From: a phage
NCBI GenBank assembly: GCA_033648345.1
Contig: GCA_033648345.1_4121.1
DNA: 64,000 nucleotides
Reading direction: 5' to 3' (one strand)
Below are positions 29,420 through 38,097 of this stretch, in pieces. The notes below the pieces were generated by a model. The model saw only the letters and a list, made by a program, of their open reading frames with translations. It made no database searches and was not told the DNA's origin. Made by a program: the position numbers and the translations under genes. How positions within the stretch are numbered: the first letter of the stretch is position 1; each line of letters starts with the position of its first letter.

Positions 29420-29833
29420 ATGAAACTGTATCATGCGAGTACTGTAAAAATTGATAACTTTTATATCCCGTATGGTGGCCTTCATATGGGAGGTAAACAC
29501 AGTGCTTTAGAAGCTGCATTACGCAAACTGAGAAGCCCACTAAACGTCGTTGACGCTGATACAGTATACTTGCATACCTTAGAAGTTGATGTTGATAACG
29601 TGCTTCTATGGACGGATATGGGCAGTGATGATGAATGGCGTGGAGTGATTGAGTACTGCGAAATTAACGGCTATGATGCAGTTCAGTACCAAAACGATTA
29701 CGAACCAGATACAGTTCCTAGCTATATGATTTGGGATACGTCTAAGGTTCGCATTATTGAAGTTGATGCGATGCATATGGATGAAGCTGAAATGATCATC
29801 GAAGATTTCCTTGATGAATATGAAGGTGTATAA
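29420..29833 (+). CDS. Hypothetical protein
   Basis: 137 aa track ORF; acidic C-terminus. Confidence 0.55.
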   Translation: MKLYHASTVKIDNFYIPYGGLHMGGKHSALEAALRKLRSPLNVVDADTVYLHTLEVDVDNVLLWTDMGSDDEWRGVIEYCEINGYDAVQYQNDYEPDTVPSYMIWDTSKVRIIEVDAMHMDEAEMIIEDFLDEYEGV

Positions 29834-30351
29834 TGATTGAACCTATGACAGTACTAGCACGTACTAAATTATTATTGAAGATTGGTGAGATATTCACTGA
29901 TATTTTGTACAGTGGGATTGATATACATGAATTAGGCATTAAGCAACCGTGGGAAATAACCAAGTTCTCTGCGTTCTATCGTTTATCATATAAAGGGGAA
30001 ACGGTTCTGGACTGGAACCCCAAAGCCAAATTCATGGAATATGCGGCGTTATATGGAAGCAATGGTGGTATAACAAATAATTTTAAAGAAATTAAAGTCC
30101 TAATTGGGTCAAAGGAATTTAATGATCTACTATATCCAGAATTTAAGTTAACAGAAGAATTAATATTTCAGTACTCTTTGATTTTAAAAGATCTTAATGA
30201 TTTAGAGTACTACAAAGAGTTAGTAGATATTTTTATTAATACTCGACTTTCAAAAGATATTGTGATATTCTGGTATGTTGAGTATGTTACAGAGGAATTG
30301 CTTGAAGAATTTCTTCTAAATATGACAGCAATCAAGGAGAAGTTATGTTAG
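29833..30351 (+). CDS. Family B protein
   Basis: 172 aa; TEELIFQYSLILKD. Confidence 0.6.
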   Translation: MIEPMTVLARTKLLLKIGEIFTDILYSGIDIHELGIKQPWEITKFSAFYRLSYKGETVLDWNPKAKFMEYAALYGSNGGITNNFKEIKVLIGSKEFNDLLYPEFKLTEELIFQYSLILKDLNDLEYYKELVDIFINTRLSKDIVIFWYVEYVTEELLEEFLLNMTAIKEKLC

Positions 30352-30818
30352 ACATTTTAGGAAACATCGATACAGCAAATTATTTTATTCAAGATGCACT
30401 GTTCAATACAGTACAGAAAGGGTTGGATGTACGATGTAATATCCATCAGGGAGATGGGTATTTTGTTGATATCACAGAAACACGCAAGAACGTGTTCAAT
30501 TTAAACATTACCACATTAGCACGTCAGAACATTGCACGCATTCTGGTTAATAAAGATGAAATAGTTCTTCGTTATAATTCCAAATTCTTATTCACATACA
30601 AGAAGAAGACTGACATGTTCAGTACTAATTTGTTTGATGAACCCTTCAATCTGGAAGACTTAGAAGCAACTTTCTTTACACAGAACACTATGCTGAAATT
30701 CAATGATGTTGAATTTTCATCAGAAGTAATGTCTGAAACACTACAAATGGTTAAGGTAGTATTCTATGCTTTTCAACAGTTTAACGAAGAACGAAACAAG
30801 GTTAACAACAACAGATGA
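30345..30818 (+). CDS. Family B protein (divergent)
   Basis: 157 aa; LEATFFTQNTMLKF. Confidence 0.5.
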   Translation: MLDILGNIDTANYFIQDALFNTVQKGLDVRCNIHQGDGYFVDITETRKNVFNLNITTLARQNIARILVNKDEIVLRYNSKFLFTYKKKTDMFSTNLFDEPFNLEDLEATFFTQNTMLKFNDVEFSSEVMSETLQMVKVVFYAFQQFNEERNKVNNNR

Positions 30819-31179
30819 ACTAATCGCGGCGATGGGAGCCAATGAGAAATACTTCAATGGGATTCATTTTTTTAAAACAGATCTTAGTGAAAGTAAAGTA
30901 CTATATGTGTATGGTTCCCAGTACTGCATTGTCACAAAGCACCCAGATTCGATTTCACTAAAATTTAACACTTATTCAAAAAACTTCTTGACGATTAATA
31001 AAAGCAATGTTACTATGTCTGGTATAGGGAATCAGGTTGTTGAGATTCCTTTGGACTCAATTGATTCTATTGAGTTCTTTCAATACGAGTGCTTAGGTGT
31101 TGATTTTGGTACTGTCAGTACTGAATCTATGCGAACATTAATTAATTTACTTAAAGGTAAAGTTCATGCTTTTAACTAA
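30766..31179 (+). CDS. Family B protein (divergent)
   Basis: 137 aa; SIEFFQYECLGVD; start uncertain (53 nt overlap with upstream gene; alternative ATG at 30832). Confidence 0.5.
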   Translation: MLFNSLTKNETRLTTTDELIAAMGANEKYFNGIHFFKTDLSESKVLYVYGSQYCIVTKHPDSISLKFNTYSKNFLTINKSNVTMSGIGNQVVEIPLDSIDSIEFFQYECLGVDFGTVSTESMRTLINLLKGKVHAFN

Positions 31180-31666
31180 TTCGATGAAGAATTCATTTAA
31201 AATTATCAAAGAAATACTAAATGGGTCTAAAACTTCTAGTGGGTCTTCCTTTACTAGTGACCAGATCCAACACAGTACAAAGGATTGTACTGTAATCTTT
31301 GGGTTACATAGTCTGCGTTTGACAATAGTAAATAATATTGATAACACAGCAATTGTAATCACCCCATGTCATATTCAGAATGAAACAGGTGCATACTTAC
31401 ACCACATGGGGACTGTATTCTACATCTTCAATACTGAAGAAAACATTGTTAAAGAATACAACACACTCAATGTTGATGCAGGTGAGTTATTCCAATTGAG
31501 TACTGTCAATGATTGTAACTTCAGTGACAATGCAGAAGTACTTCCATTGTTTCTAAGTCTTCTCAATAACATGGAAAAACTAACCATTGCATACAACAAA
31601 AGTGACGTACCGCAAGCAGTATTGAATATCACCGAAGCAATGGAGAAATACAAAGCTGTGACCTAA
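31166..31666 (+). CDS. Family B protein
   Basis: 166 aa; DAGELFQLSTVNDC. Confidence 0.55.
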   Translation: MLLTNSMKNSFKIIKEILNGSKTSSGSSFTSDQIQHSTKDCTVIFGLHSLRLTIVNNIDNTAIVITPCHIQNETGAYLHHMGTVFYIFNTEENIVKEYNTLNVDAGELFQLSTVNDCNFSDNAEVLPLFLSLLNNMEKLTIAYNKSDVPQAVLNITEAMEKYKAVT

Positions 31667-31708
31667 TATATGTGCACATGGAGTGCCTTTGAAGATCAAG
31701 GATAGATC

Positions 31709-32182
31709 ATGGAGATTAAAACTGTTGAGAATGGAAAGATAGATGACATTTTAGAGTTGGACGCATTCAAAGTTCATGATATAATGTTCAATGTAAAGGA
31801 CATAATTCAGTGCTTGTTTTTATGCAGTAAAACTATGCACGACTTCTTTCACAATCCAAATACTAATGTTTTCATACTAACAATCAGTACTAGCAATTCG
31901 TTTATCATGGGTATGCCTATGAGTACAAATGACGAGTACATTGATTGTGTTATTCGTAACAATGATAATATTACCCCACAATCTGAAGTACGTAAGAAAA
32001 AGAATACATACACTATCAAAGATGATAAAATCATGATGTGTTGTAGTAAAGGGTTTATTTTGGATAATTTTAAAGTGAAAGATAGTTATCATGATTTTAA
32101 AGTATCAGAGACACAAACTAATGTAGTTCTTTACGCAAGTGATATTGAAAGCCTAACAGTTAAAGATCCCGATTTGGAGTAA
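31709..32182 (+). CDS. Hypothetical protein
   Basis: 157 aa track ORF. Confidence 0.5.
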   Translation: MEIKTVENGKIDDILELDAFKVHDIMFNVKDIIQCLFLCSKTMHDFFHNPNTNVFILTISTSNSFIMGMPMSTNDEYIDCVIRNNDNITPQSEVRKKKNTYTIKDDKIMMCCSKGFILDNFKVKDSYHDFKVSETQTNVVLYASDIESLTVKDPDLE

Positions 32183-32184
32183 GT

Positions 32185-32316
32185 ATGGCTAAAAATGTAA
32201 ACAACTTTGTACAAAAGCATATGAATGAGTTTAATAAACCTCAAACACATGTGGACCGTAAAAAAGCAATGAAGAATGGTAAAGTAAAACACAAGTCGAG
32301 ATTTATTCTCGACTAA
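32185..32316 (+). CDS. Small basic protein (43 aa)
   Basis: Read by hand; RBS GGAGTAAG; Lys-rich; 3' end forms the terminator hairpin. Confidence 0.3.
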   Translation: MAKNVNNFVQKHMNEFNKPQTHVDRKKAMKNGKVKHKSRFILD

Positions 32317-32322
32317 TTTTTT
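32295..32322 (+). terminator. Rho-independent terminator
   Basis: GTCGAG-ATTTATT-CTCGAC hairpin followed by TAATTTTTT. Confidence 0.6.
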
Positions 32323-32349
32323 GTCCGAAATTTAGGAGATTGTATTACT

Positions 32350-33198
32350 ATGGATACAACAGATTTTCGTAATTTCAAAAAGTATTCAGTACTTGAACAT
32401 ATCAACGAATTTCTGAATTCCCCAACACCATTTGGTATCAGTACATCAGATACATACGATGGATATAGAATCTTCCCATGCAATGACTTTCAAATTTCTG
32501 TCAAAAAAGGTACTTCAAAAGAAGTTGCAATTCGTGATGTAGTACTGTATAGCGATTCTTCTATTTCTTACTGTCATGATGTGAACAATTTTGAATCTCT
32601 TTCAACACCTAATTGTTCATACTACAAATCCAATGACACAATGATGTACAAAGAAGAACACATCAATGGGGTTTCGTTTTATAAAACCGCCAGCGATAAA
32701 TCATATACATCTAGAGATGATTTTGGAAAATATACATGCACTATGTATACGGATGATGAAAAATCAAATCGTATTCATTCATTCGAATCCAAATTCAAAG
32801 AGAGTGAAGTTTCAAATATCACTATACAAGAAAAGGTTACCGAAGATGGTGTTGTGTATCGTAGTACTGCATTCTTCCGAATGAAAGATATTGCAACTGG
32901 TCGCCCAATGATGTATAATATTGACATATTCATGAAAGGTGAATCATCGGAAGTGGTGATTAGTACTGGTTATCGTGCCAACTACACATTTACAATGGAA
33001 TCACCTGATGCATCGTTGGTACATCTATTCAACAATTTATATACTTTCCAATTCGAACTTGGTTTCGAAACAAATGAATATCAAATATTTGAGATATTAA
33101 AAAGTAATATTATTAATAAATTGGAATATTACTTCAAGTTAGGCGGGAAGATGAACATAGTTAATACTATGTTACGCAACATAAAAGAAACAATGTAA
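32350..33198 (+). CDS. Hypothetical protein
   Basis: 282 aa track ORF with RBS AGGAG. Confidence 0.6.
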   Translation: MDTTDFRNFKKYSVLEHINEFLNSPTPFGISTSDTYDGYRIFPCNDFQISVKKGTSKEVAIRDVVLYSDSSISYCHDVNNFESLSTPNCSYYKSNDTMMYKEEHINGVSFYKTASDKSYTSRDDFGKYTCTMYTDDEKSNRIHSFESKFKESEVSNITIQEKVTEDGVVYRSTAFFRMKDIATGRPMMYNIDIFMKGESSEVVISTGYRANYTFTMESPDASLVHLFNNLYTFQFELGFETNEYQIFEILKSNIINKLEYYFKLGGKMNIVNTMLRNIKETM

Positions 33199-33214
33199 TT
33201 ATGGAGGATTTGGT

Positions 33215-33508
33215 ATGGATACTAAATTCAAACTTATTTTCAAAACAGAGCCGTATATCCCTTATACTGGTGAACGTTTTATTCCACCTGGTGCAGTGGA
33301 GATTGAGCATCCTGATGGAACAAAATTGTATCTCAGCCCATGTTCGTATGAACGTGCAGTTGAAATGCTAATTATGAATAGCAAACATTGTAGTAATAAG
33401 TACATTAGCTACTTATACAATGAACATATTCTAGAATTTAATGATGAGAATATGTTTATGCTGGCTATTAACGATTTCAATAACTGGCACGAAAGTTTGA
33501 CTATTTGA
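33215..33508 (+). CDS. Hypothetical protein
   Basis: 97 aa track ORF with RBS GGAGGA. Confidence 0.55.
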   Translation: MDTKFKLIFKTEPYIPYTGERFIPPGAVEIEHPDGTKLYLSPCSYERAVEMLIMNSKHCSNKYISYLYNEHILEFNDENMFMLAINDFNNWHESLTI

Positions 33509-33518
33509 TAAAATATTG

Positions 33519-33546
33519 TGGACATGACAATTCCTTGTGATATAAT
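33519..33546 (+). promoter_or_regulatory. Sigma70-like promoter TGGACA-N16-TGaTATAAT (extended -10)
   Basis: Intergenic; GTGATATAAT box shared with other promoters in window. Confidence 0.5.
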
Positions 33547-33579
33547 GTTCACATCTTTTTTTGATAAATGGAGATATAG

Positions 33580-33966
33580 ATGAATACAAGTTCTGTTCTA
33601 AAAGCTATTGGTGGTGTACTTCTGATTGAAGTCCAGGGTGAACCTAAGCTATGTTGCTTAGAAGACATGAAGAATACTAAACACTTCAGTACTGGACAGA
33701 TTTTCAATGCTATTCGTGTTCTTAACGACAAATCAGTACAAGACTATGGAAAGGTATGGCCTTCGTATGTAAATCCTGAAGGTGAAATTAGTGCTGATTG
33801 GAAAACAATTGAAGCAGTACGTGTGAGTTGTGAGAGCGATTGGGATTTCATCGTTGAAGTATGTGACCAACTGCAAGAAGATGTGCCAGAGATTGTCGAA
33901 CGTAAAGAAGTTCTAGCACAACTTGATAAATTCCGTCACGGTACTCTACCGTATGACGTAATCTAA
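33580..33966 (+). CDS. Hypothetical protein
   Basis: 128 aa track ORF, RBS AAATGGAGAT. Confidence 0.55.
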   Translation: MNTSSVLKAIGGVLLIEVQGEPKLCCLEDMKNTKHFSTGQIFNAIRVLNDKSVQDYGKVWPSYVNPEGEISADWKTIEAVRVSCESDWDFIVEVCDQLQEDVPEIVERKEVLAQLDKFRHGTLPYDVI

Positions 33967-34017
33967 TCTGATTTATTAAAAACTATCTAACTAACATTAT
34001 ATAAAAAGGAATTTAAA

Positions 34018-34323
34018 ATGGAAGACAACGGAATGAAATTTGATATGTTTGAAGGTGTACCAGAGTTCGATTTCAATAAACTTGAAAATGGTGAAGAATC
34101 AGAACTAGTAAGTGTTACACTAAAATCAGATACCAAAAAGAAATATTCCCCATCAGTTCGTGCTCGTTCTCAAGAAGAATATGAAACCTTCATTGAGAGT
34201 ATTCATTACGAAACGTTCCATCATGCAGATGGTACTCCGTATGAAGTTCGTGTTACAGTACTGAAGCCTGAAGTAAACCCAATGGAAAATCTACGTCCTG
34301 TTTACTGCTGGGCAAGCCACTAA
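34018..34323 (+). CDS. Hypothetical protein
   Basis: 101 aa track ORF, RBS AAAGGAAT. Confidence 0.55.
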   Translation: MEDNGMKFDMFEGVPEFDFNKLENGEESELVSVTLKSDTKKKYSPSVRARSQEEYETFIESIHYETFHHADGTPYEVRVTVLKPEVNPMENLRPVYCWASH

Positions 34324-34332
34324 TAAACCAAA

Positions 34333-34362
34333 GGACGGGATATAATATCTCGTCTTTTTTTT
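34333..34362 (+). terminator. Rho-independent terminator
   Basis: GACGGGA-TATAATA-TCTCGTC hairpin (one G.U pair) followed by T8. Confidence 0.6.
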
Positions 34363-34374
34363 GTCTGGAGATAT

Positions 34375-35223
34375 ATGAAACTTTATCTAATCGTTGACTA
34401 CAGTAAGGGTTATTATGACTACGCAGAAGAATCTGAAGGGTATTGCTCGTCTACTAATGTCAATGTACGCACCAGTAATACACATGAGCATGAATCTATT
34501 ACAAACCTAAAAGATTTCATCGCATATCGAGCATTTGAAAAGAATTTCTGTCGTAGTAGATATTCGAAATTTGAGTACCCGTTAATTGATGTTCCTGATG
34601 AATTGATGTTCCAGTTAATGCTCACTGGAGTACAAGATTATGATTACATCGCGTACAATCACATTACTAAGAAAATTTATATCGGTACGTCAACACATGA
34701 CATTTCTATGTATGCATCATGCCCCGATGATCGAATGAATGATAGAAAATCATACTATAGTGGATCAGTTGGTTCAAATGATTCATTAAATGAAAATTTA
34801 TTCTTTGAGTACGAGTTTGATAATCATCGAGGGAATAAAGACCGAGAAGATTATTGTACTAAAATTGATAGTTCAAATGGATATGAAGAAGTGAAAGAAG
34901 CGATAATGCCATATATCCTTGACAAGTACTACAAAGATTTTCAGTACTGTAGTAATTTTCTAATCCGAAATTCTATCATAATCGGTCGTCAAAGTACTGC
35001 ATTCTCTAAGTACTACAATGATTCCCCTGTTGCTGAAAATGAAAACTGTAATATTCTCTCAATTCCACGTGAAGATATGGTATTCATGTTCACATCTTTC
35101 ATTGAAGATGATGAGTTGTATGTAAAAAACAAGCACAGGTTCATGCCAAGTAAGATTGAGGTTATGAGAAGCTTAAGTGCAGATATCTTAACTAATTTCA
35201 CTGAAAAAACAGAATACAACTGA
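34375..35223 (+). CDS. Hypothetical protein (weak family B motif)
   Basis: 282 aa; PDELMFQLMLTGVQD. Confidence 0.55.
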   Translation: MKLYLIVDYSKGYYDYAEESEGYCSSTNVNVRTSNTHEHESITNLKDFIAYRAFEKNFCRSRYSKFEYPLIDVPDELMFQLMLTGVQDYDYIAYNHITKKIYIGTSTHDISMYASCPDDRMNDRKSYYSGSVGSNDSLNENLFFEYEFDNHRGNKDREDYCTKIDSSNGYEEVKEAIMPYILDKYYKDFQYCSNFLIRNSIIIGRQSTAFSKYYNDSPVAENENCNILSIPREDMVFMFTSFIEDDELYVKNKHRFMPSKIEVMRSLSADILTNFTEKTEYN

Positions 35224-35253
35224 GACATACCATAAGTTTATGATATAATGTAA

Positions 35254-35285
35254 GGTGACAGCAGAATATGTTGTCGCCTTTTTTT
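35254..35285 (+). terminator. Rho-independent terminator
   Basis: GGUGACAGC-AGAAUAU-GUUGUCGCC hairpin (two G.U pairs) followed by T7; a GTTTATGATATAAT -10-like box sits immediately upstream. Confidence 0.5.
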
Positions 35286-35289
35286 AATC

Positions 35290-35904
35290 CTGAAAGGTTC
35301 CATATGGAAATGATTAAAGCCTAATCCACTCGAAAAGTAGAGGGTAGATGAGTAGTCCTTTCAGTACGAACAGCAAATGAAACCCGTTAGATGATGGCAT
35401 AGTTTGAACCACTCACGGCAATGCGGCTGTATAAAGAACTCCAATAGGATAAAGAGAGTTCCTCGATAGACATATAAGGATCGCACCTTACCAATTATCT
35501 AAGGGAGATTTCATGAGAAATTTGCGGTCGTAATTTATACAATATAGTTGCGTCCAAAATTCGTGAAATCAAATACAAGTACTGGTCATATGGTATTTGT
35601 ATTATGTGTCGGGATGTTTAAGACCGACGACCGTTGCTACAAGAACCGCGATAGAGAGAAACAGAGCAACCCGCTTTCGCCTCGTAAGAGAATTCGTGAT
35701 ATGAACTATGTGAAGGCCACCAGCGTCAAACTTTTTTTGTTCTTTCCCCTGCGGGGGGATGAAATATGCTCAAGCAAACCCCGTCAATATTAATTAAAAC
35801 AAATCATAGTACTTTCGTCGAATTATACACGCTTCGCATGTCTAATTCGACTGGTGTTGATGAAGTCAACGCCATGTACAGTCATTGATGTTTCCATAGG
35901 AATA
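35290..35904 (+). other. Non-coding island, GC-richer than surroundings; candidate structured RNA or cis element
   Basis: About 600 bp without a convincing ORF in a genome otherwise tiled with genes; contains a perfect 9 bp inverted repeat (35817..35825 / 35843..35851), a GTTGCT...AGCAAC stem, a GTCGG...CCGAC stem and a CCCCTGCGGGGGG element. Confidence 0.4.
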
Positions 35905-36450
35905 ATGATGTCATTTATTAAAAAATCTAAAAGCGTCACTTATAAAACACTAGAATTTGTTGATTCAGATAATCAGAACCAAGACCAAGAGGATTTTACT
36001 GGTTTTGTTGTGATTAAAGAAAAGGGATGTATTTCGTACATCAAAGAGTTGCAGTGCGGTTTTGAATTAACTTCCATTAAGTTATTCCCAACCAAGAAGC
36101 CTACAATTCTTAAAGCTCGTTATGGGAACTACTACGAAGAGCGTTATAGTAATAATCTAATCAGTGCGAAAGCACATATCGTCAATGGAGAACTAGAAGG
36201 AGAATATAGAAAATTCAACCCACAAGGAAAATGTGTTTGGGTTAAATACTTCAATTCAGGAAATGATGTAACATCAGAAATTATTGAGTTTTTAGGTTTA
36301 ACATGTACCCTTGAAACTCTTCATGATTACAAATTTAATACTGAAGAAGAGTTTAATCTGATGATGCGTTATGGATCACATTTTAAATTTTTATATGAAT
36401 ACAACATTGACAGTAGTACTTTTGATGACATAGTACTTAACTGTCTATAA
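35905..36450 (+). CDS. Hypothetical protein
   Basis: Track ORF 35854..36450; in-frame ATG at 35905 preceded by AGGAATA. Confidence 0.55.
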   Translation: MMSFIKKSKSVTYKTLEFVDSDNQNQDQEDFTGFVVIKEKGCISYIKELQCGFELTSIKLFPTKKPTILKARYGNYYEERYSNNLISAKAHIVNGELEGEYRKFNPQGKCVWVKYFNSGNDVTSEIIEFLGLTCTLETLHDYKFNTEEEFNLMMRYGSHFKFLYEYNIDSSTFDDIVLNCL

Positions 36451-36466
36451 TCAAAGGAAATTATGT

Positions 36467-36991
36467 ATGTCGAAGAAGGATGCTTCGAAGAAAAAACAAT
36501 CAGTACATTTCAGTACTGGAAAAGATAACTGGACTACTCCAAAGGATTTCTTTGAAGATTTGGATGAACTCTGGGAATTTACACTAGATGCAGCGTGTGT
36601 CAAAGAAACTGCATTGTGTGATAAGTTCTTTACACCAGAAGACAATTCACTTGAACAGGACTGGGGAAACAATATCGTGTGGCTCAACCCACCGTACAGT
36701 GATTTGAAAACGTGGTTATCTAAGGCAGTTGATGCATATAACAAAGGTGCTACAGTACTGATACTTGTACCTTCACGTACCGATACGGTTGCGTTTCAGA
36801 ACTATGCATCAAAAGAATGCGACTGTATTTGTTTTATAAAAGGTCGCTTAAAGTTCGGTATCCCTGAAGAACCAGATAAAAAGACTGACAGTGCTCCATT
36901 CCCTAGTTGTTTAATAGTACTGGATAAGTATTTGACTCCAGCTAAAATCAACTATCTTAAATCTATTGGTCAGGTGATGAAGAACATATGA
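36467..36991 (+). CDS. dam: DNA N6-adenine methyltransferase, phage Dam family
   Basis: 174 aa; motifs WTTP, LDAAC and the NPPY catalytic tetrapeptide (VWLNPPYSD) characteristic of the small phage Dam family. Confidence 0.75.
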   Translation: MSKKDASKKKQSVHFSTGKDNWTTPKDFFEDLDELWEFTLDAACVKETALCDKFFTPEDNSLEQDWGNNIVWLNPPYSDLKTWLSKAVDAYNKGATVLILVPSRTDTVAFQNYASKECDCICFIKGRLKFGIPEEPDKKTDSAPFPSCLIVLDKYLTPAKINYLKSIGQVMKNI

Positions 36992-37521
36992 AAGAAACAT
37001 GTATATTATCATTTATGAGATGTAACCCAATACATCACGGACATGGTTTAGTGTTTGAAAAAGCTCAAGCACTACAAGAACAGTACAATGCTGATTTGAA
37101 AATATTCCTTAGTACCAGTACTGATGCCGTCAAAAACCCATTACCTCCTGAACTGAAAATGTACTATACAGAAGGATTTTACCCATCTGTACAAGAAAAT
37201 ATCTATACAGAAGATAATCTGTTTGATATAATGAGAGAACTGGATGGAAAGTACTTAGATGTTCTTTTCATATGTGGTTCAGATAGACTTGAACCATTCC
37301 AAAAAACACTTGACACGTACAATGGGAAGTTATATAATTTTTGTTCAATCAAGGCAGTTCAAGCTGGAATTGACCGAAATGTAAGTCGCTACAGTTCCAC
37401 ACAGATGCGTGAGTTTGCCAAGAATGAAGATTTTAATAGCTTCAGTACTTTTCTACCTGGTAATGATGATGCACTGAAAATTAAACTATTTGAAGATGTA
37501 ATAAAATACATGAGGAAATAA
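36988..37521 (+). CDS. Nucleotidyltransferase, HxGH (HIGH) motif family (cytidylyl/adenylyltransferase-like)
   Basis: 177 aa; N-terminal FMRCNPIHHGHGLV matches the (T/H)xGH nucleotide-binding signature; exact substrate not assignable. Confidence 0.5.
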   Translation: MKETCILSFMRCNPIHHGHGLVFEKAQALQEQYNADLKIFLSTSTDAVKNPLPPELKMYYTEGFYPSVQENIYTEDNLFDIMRELDGKYLDVLFICGSDRLEPFQKTLDTYNGKLYNFCSIKAVQAGIDRNVSRYSSTQMREFAKNEDFNSFSTFLPGNDDALKIKLFEDVIKYMRK

Positions 37522-37523
37522 CT

Positions 37524-37817
37524 ATGTCAGTACTGTTTAAAACTAACCCAGTACTTTGGGATCAGAATGAGGATTCGGGTTTCCGTTCAATCCATGTTGA
37601 ATTCAAAGGTAATACGGTGGTTGCAATCATTGCAAACAAAACTTTAGGAAACTGGACTGCACAAGTTGTTCCTATGGGATATTCTTATACATCTGATGAA
37701 GTTGCGTTTCTGGCTGAATTATATAGTCAAACACCATTCATCATCAATGTTCTAGAGCGTAGTGATAAGTTAACACATGACGAAGTAATTGACTTCCTGG
37801 CGAACTTACATGTCTGA
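37524..37817 (+). CDS. Hypothetical protein
   Basis: 97 aa track ORF. Confidence 0.5.
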   Translation: MSVLFKTNPVLWDQNEDSGFRSIHVEFKGNTVVAIIANKTLGNWTAQVVPMGYSYTSDEVAFLAELYSQTPFIINVLERSDKLTHDEVIDFLANLHV

Positions 37818-38097
37818 TGATTCGAATCTAACAGGTTATTTTTTGCAAGAATCAATGATCAAATTCAGTGAACATTTTCCAGTACTAGATGGTGTGGAGA
37901 TGTGGCATGTAAAACCACTCTTCCACACTTTCAGTAAAGAGCACAAAATGTTATTGACTGAGGCTTGTAAATCGAATAAAATATGCCAAATCAAGATTGG
38001 TGTAAATGTCTACAAAGGATTAGTCATCTTTTTTGACAACAACAGCAACTACTTTTATATTGTTAAGGAGCATTACGTTGACAAATACAAATACTAA
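37810..38097 (+). CDS. Hypothetical protein
   Basis: Track ORF 37789..38097; in-frame ATG at 37810 (MSDDSNL) overlaps upstream stop. Confidence 0.5.
   Translation: MSDDSNLTGYFLQESMIKFSEHFPVLDGVEMWHVKPLFHTFSKEHKMLLTEACKSNKICQIKIGVNVYKGLVIFFDNNSNYFYIVKEHYVDKYKY

Larger units (their letters stand above)
4272..35223 (+). repeat. Extended array of family B paralogous genes (about 48 members, interspersed with a few unrelated small ORFs)
   Basis: Recurring motif [DE]EE-x-[FY]-F-Q-[EQNY]-S-[LT]-[VI]-x-[DN] in otherwise divergent 100-210 aa ORFs, all + strand, tiled. Confidence 0.8.

Noticed and set aside
33966-34018. T4-type late promoter (TATAAATA) upstream of 34018 and elsewhere
   Set aside because: Only approximate matches (TATATAAAAAG) in an AT-rich background; not distinguishable from chance.
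35548-35793. 81 aa track ORF inside the non-coding island
   Set aside because: Arg/Lys/Pro-rich low-complexity translation, no RBS, composition unlike neighbouring genes; more likely a chance ORF across a GC-rich structured region.
35290-35904. tRNA or group I intron in the non-coding island
   Set aside because: No GTTCGAATC-like T-loop or acceptor/D-arm arrangement and no recognisable P/Q/R/S intron core by eye; left as an unclassified candidate ncRNA rather than called.
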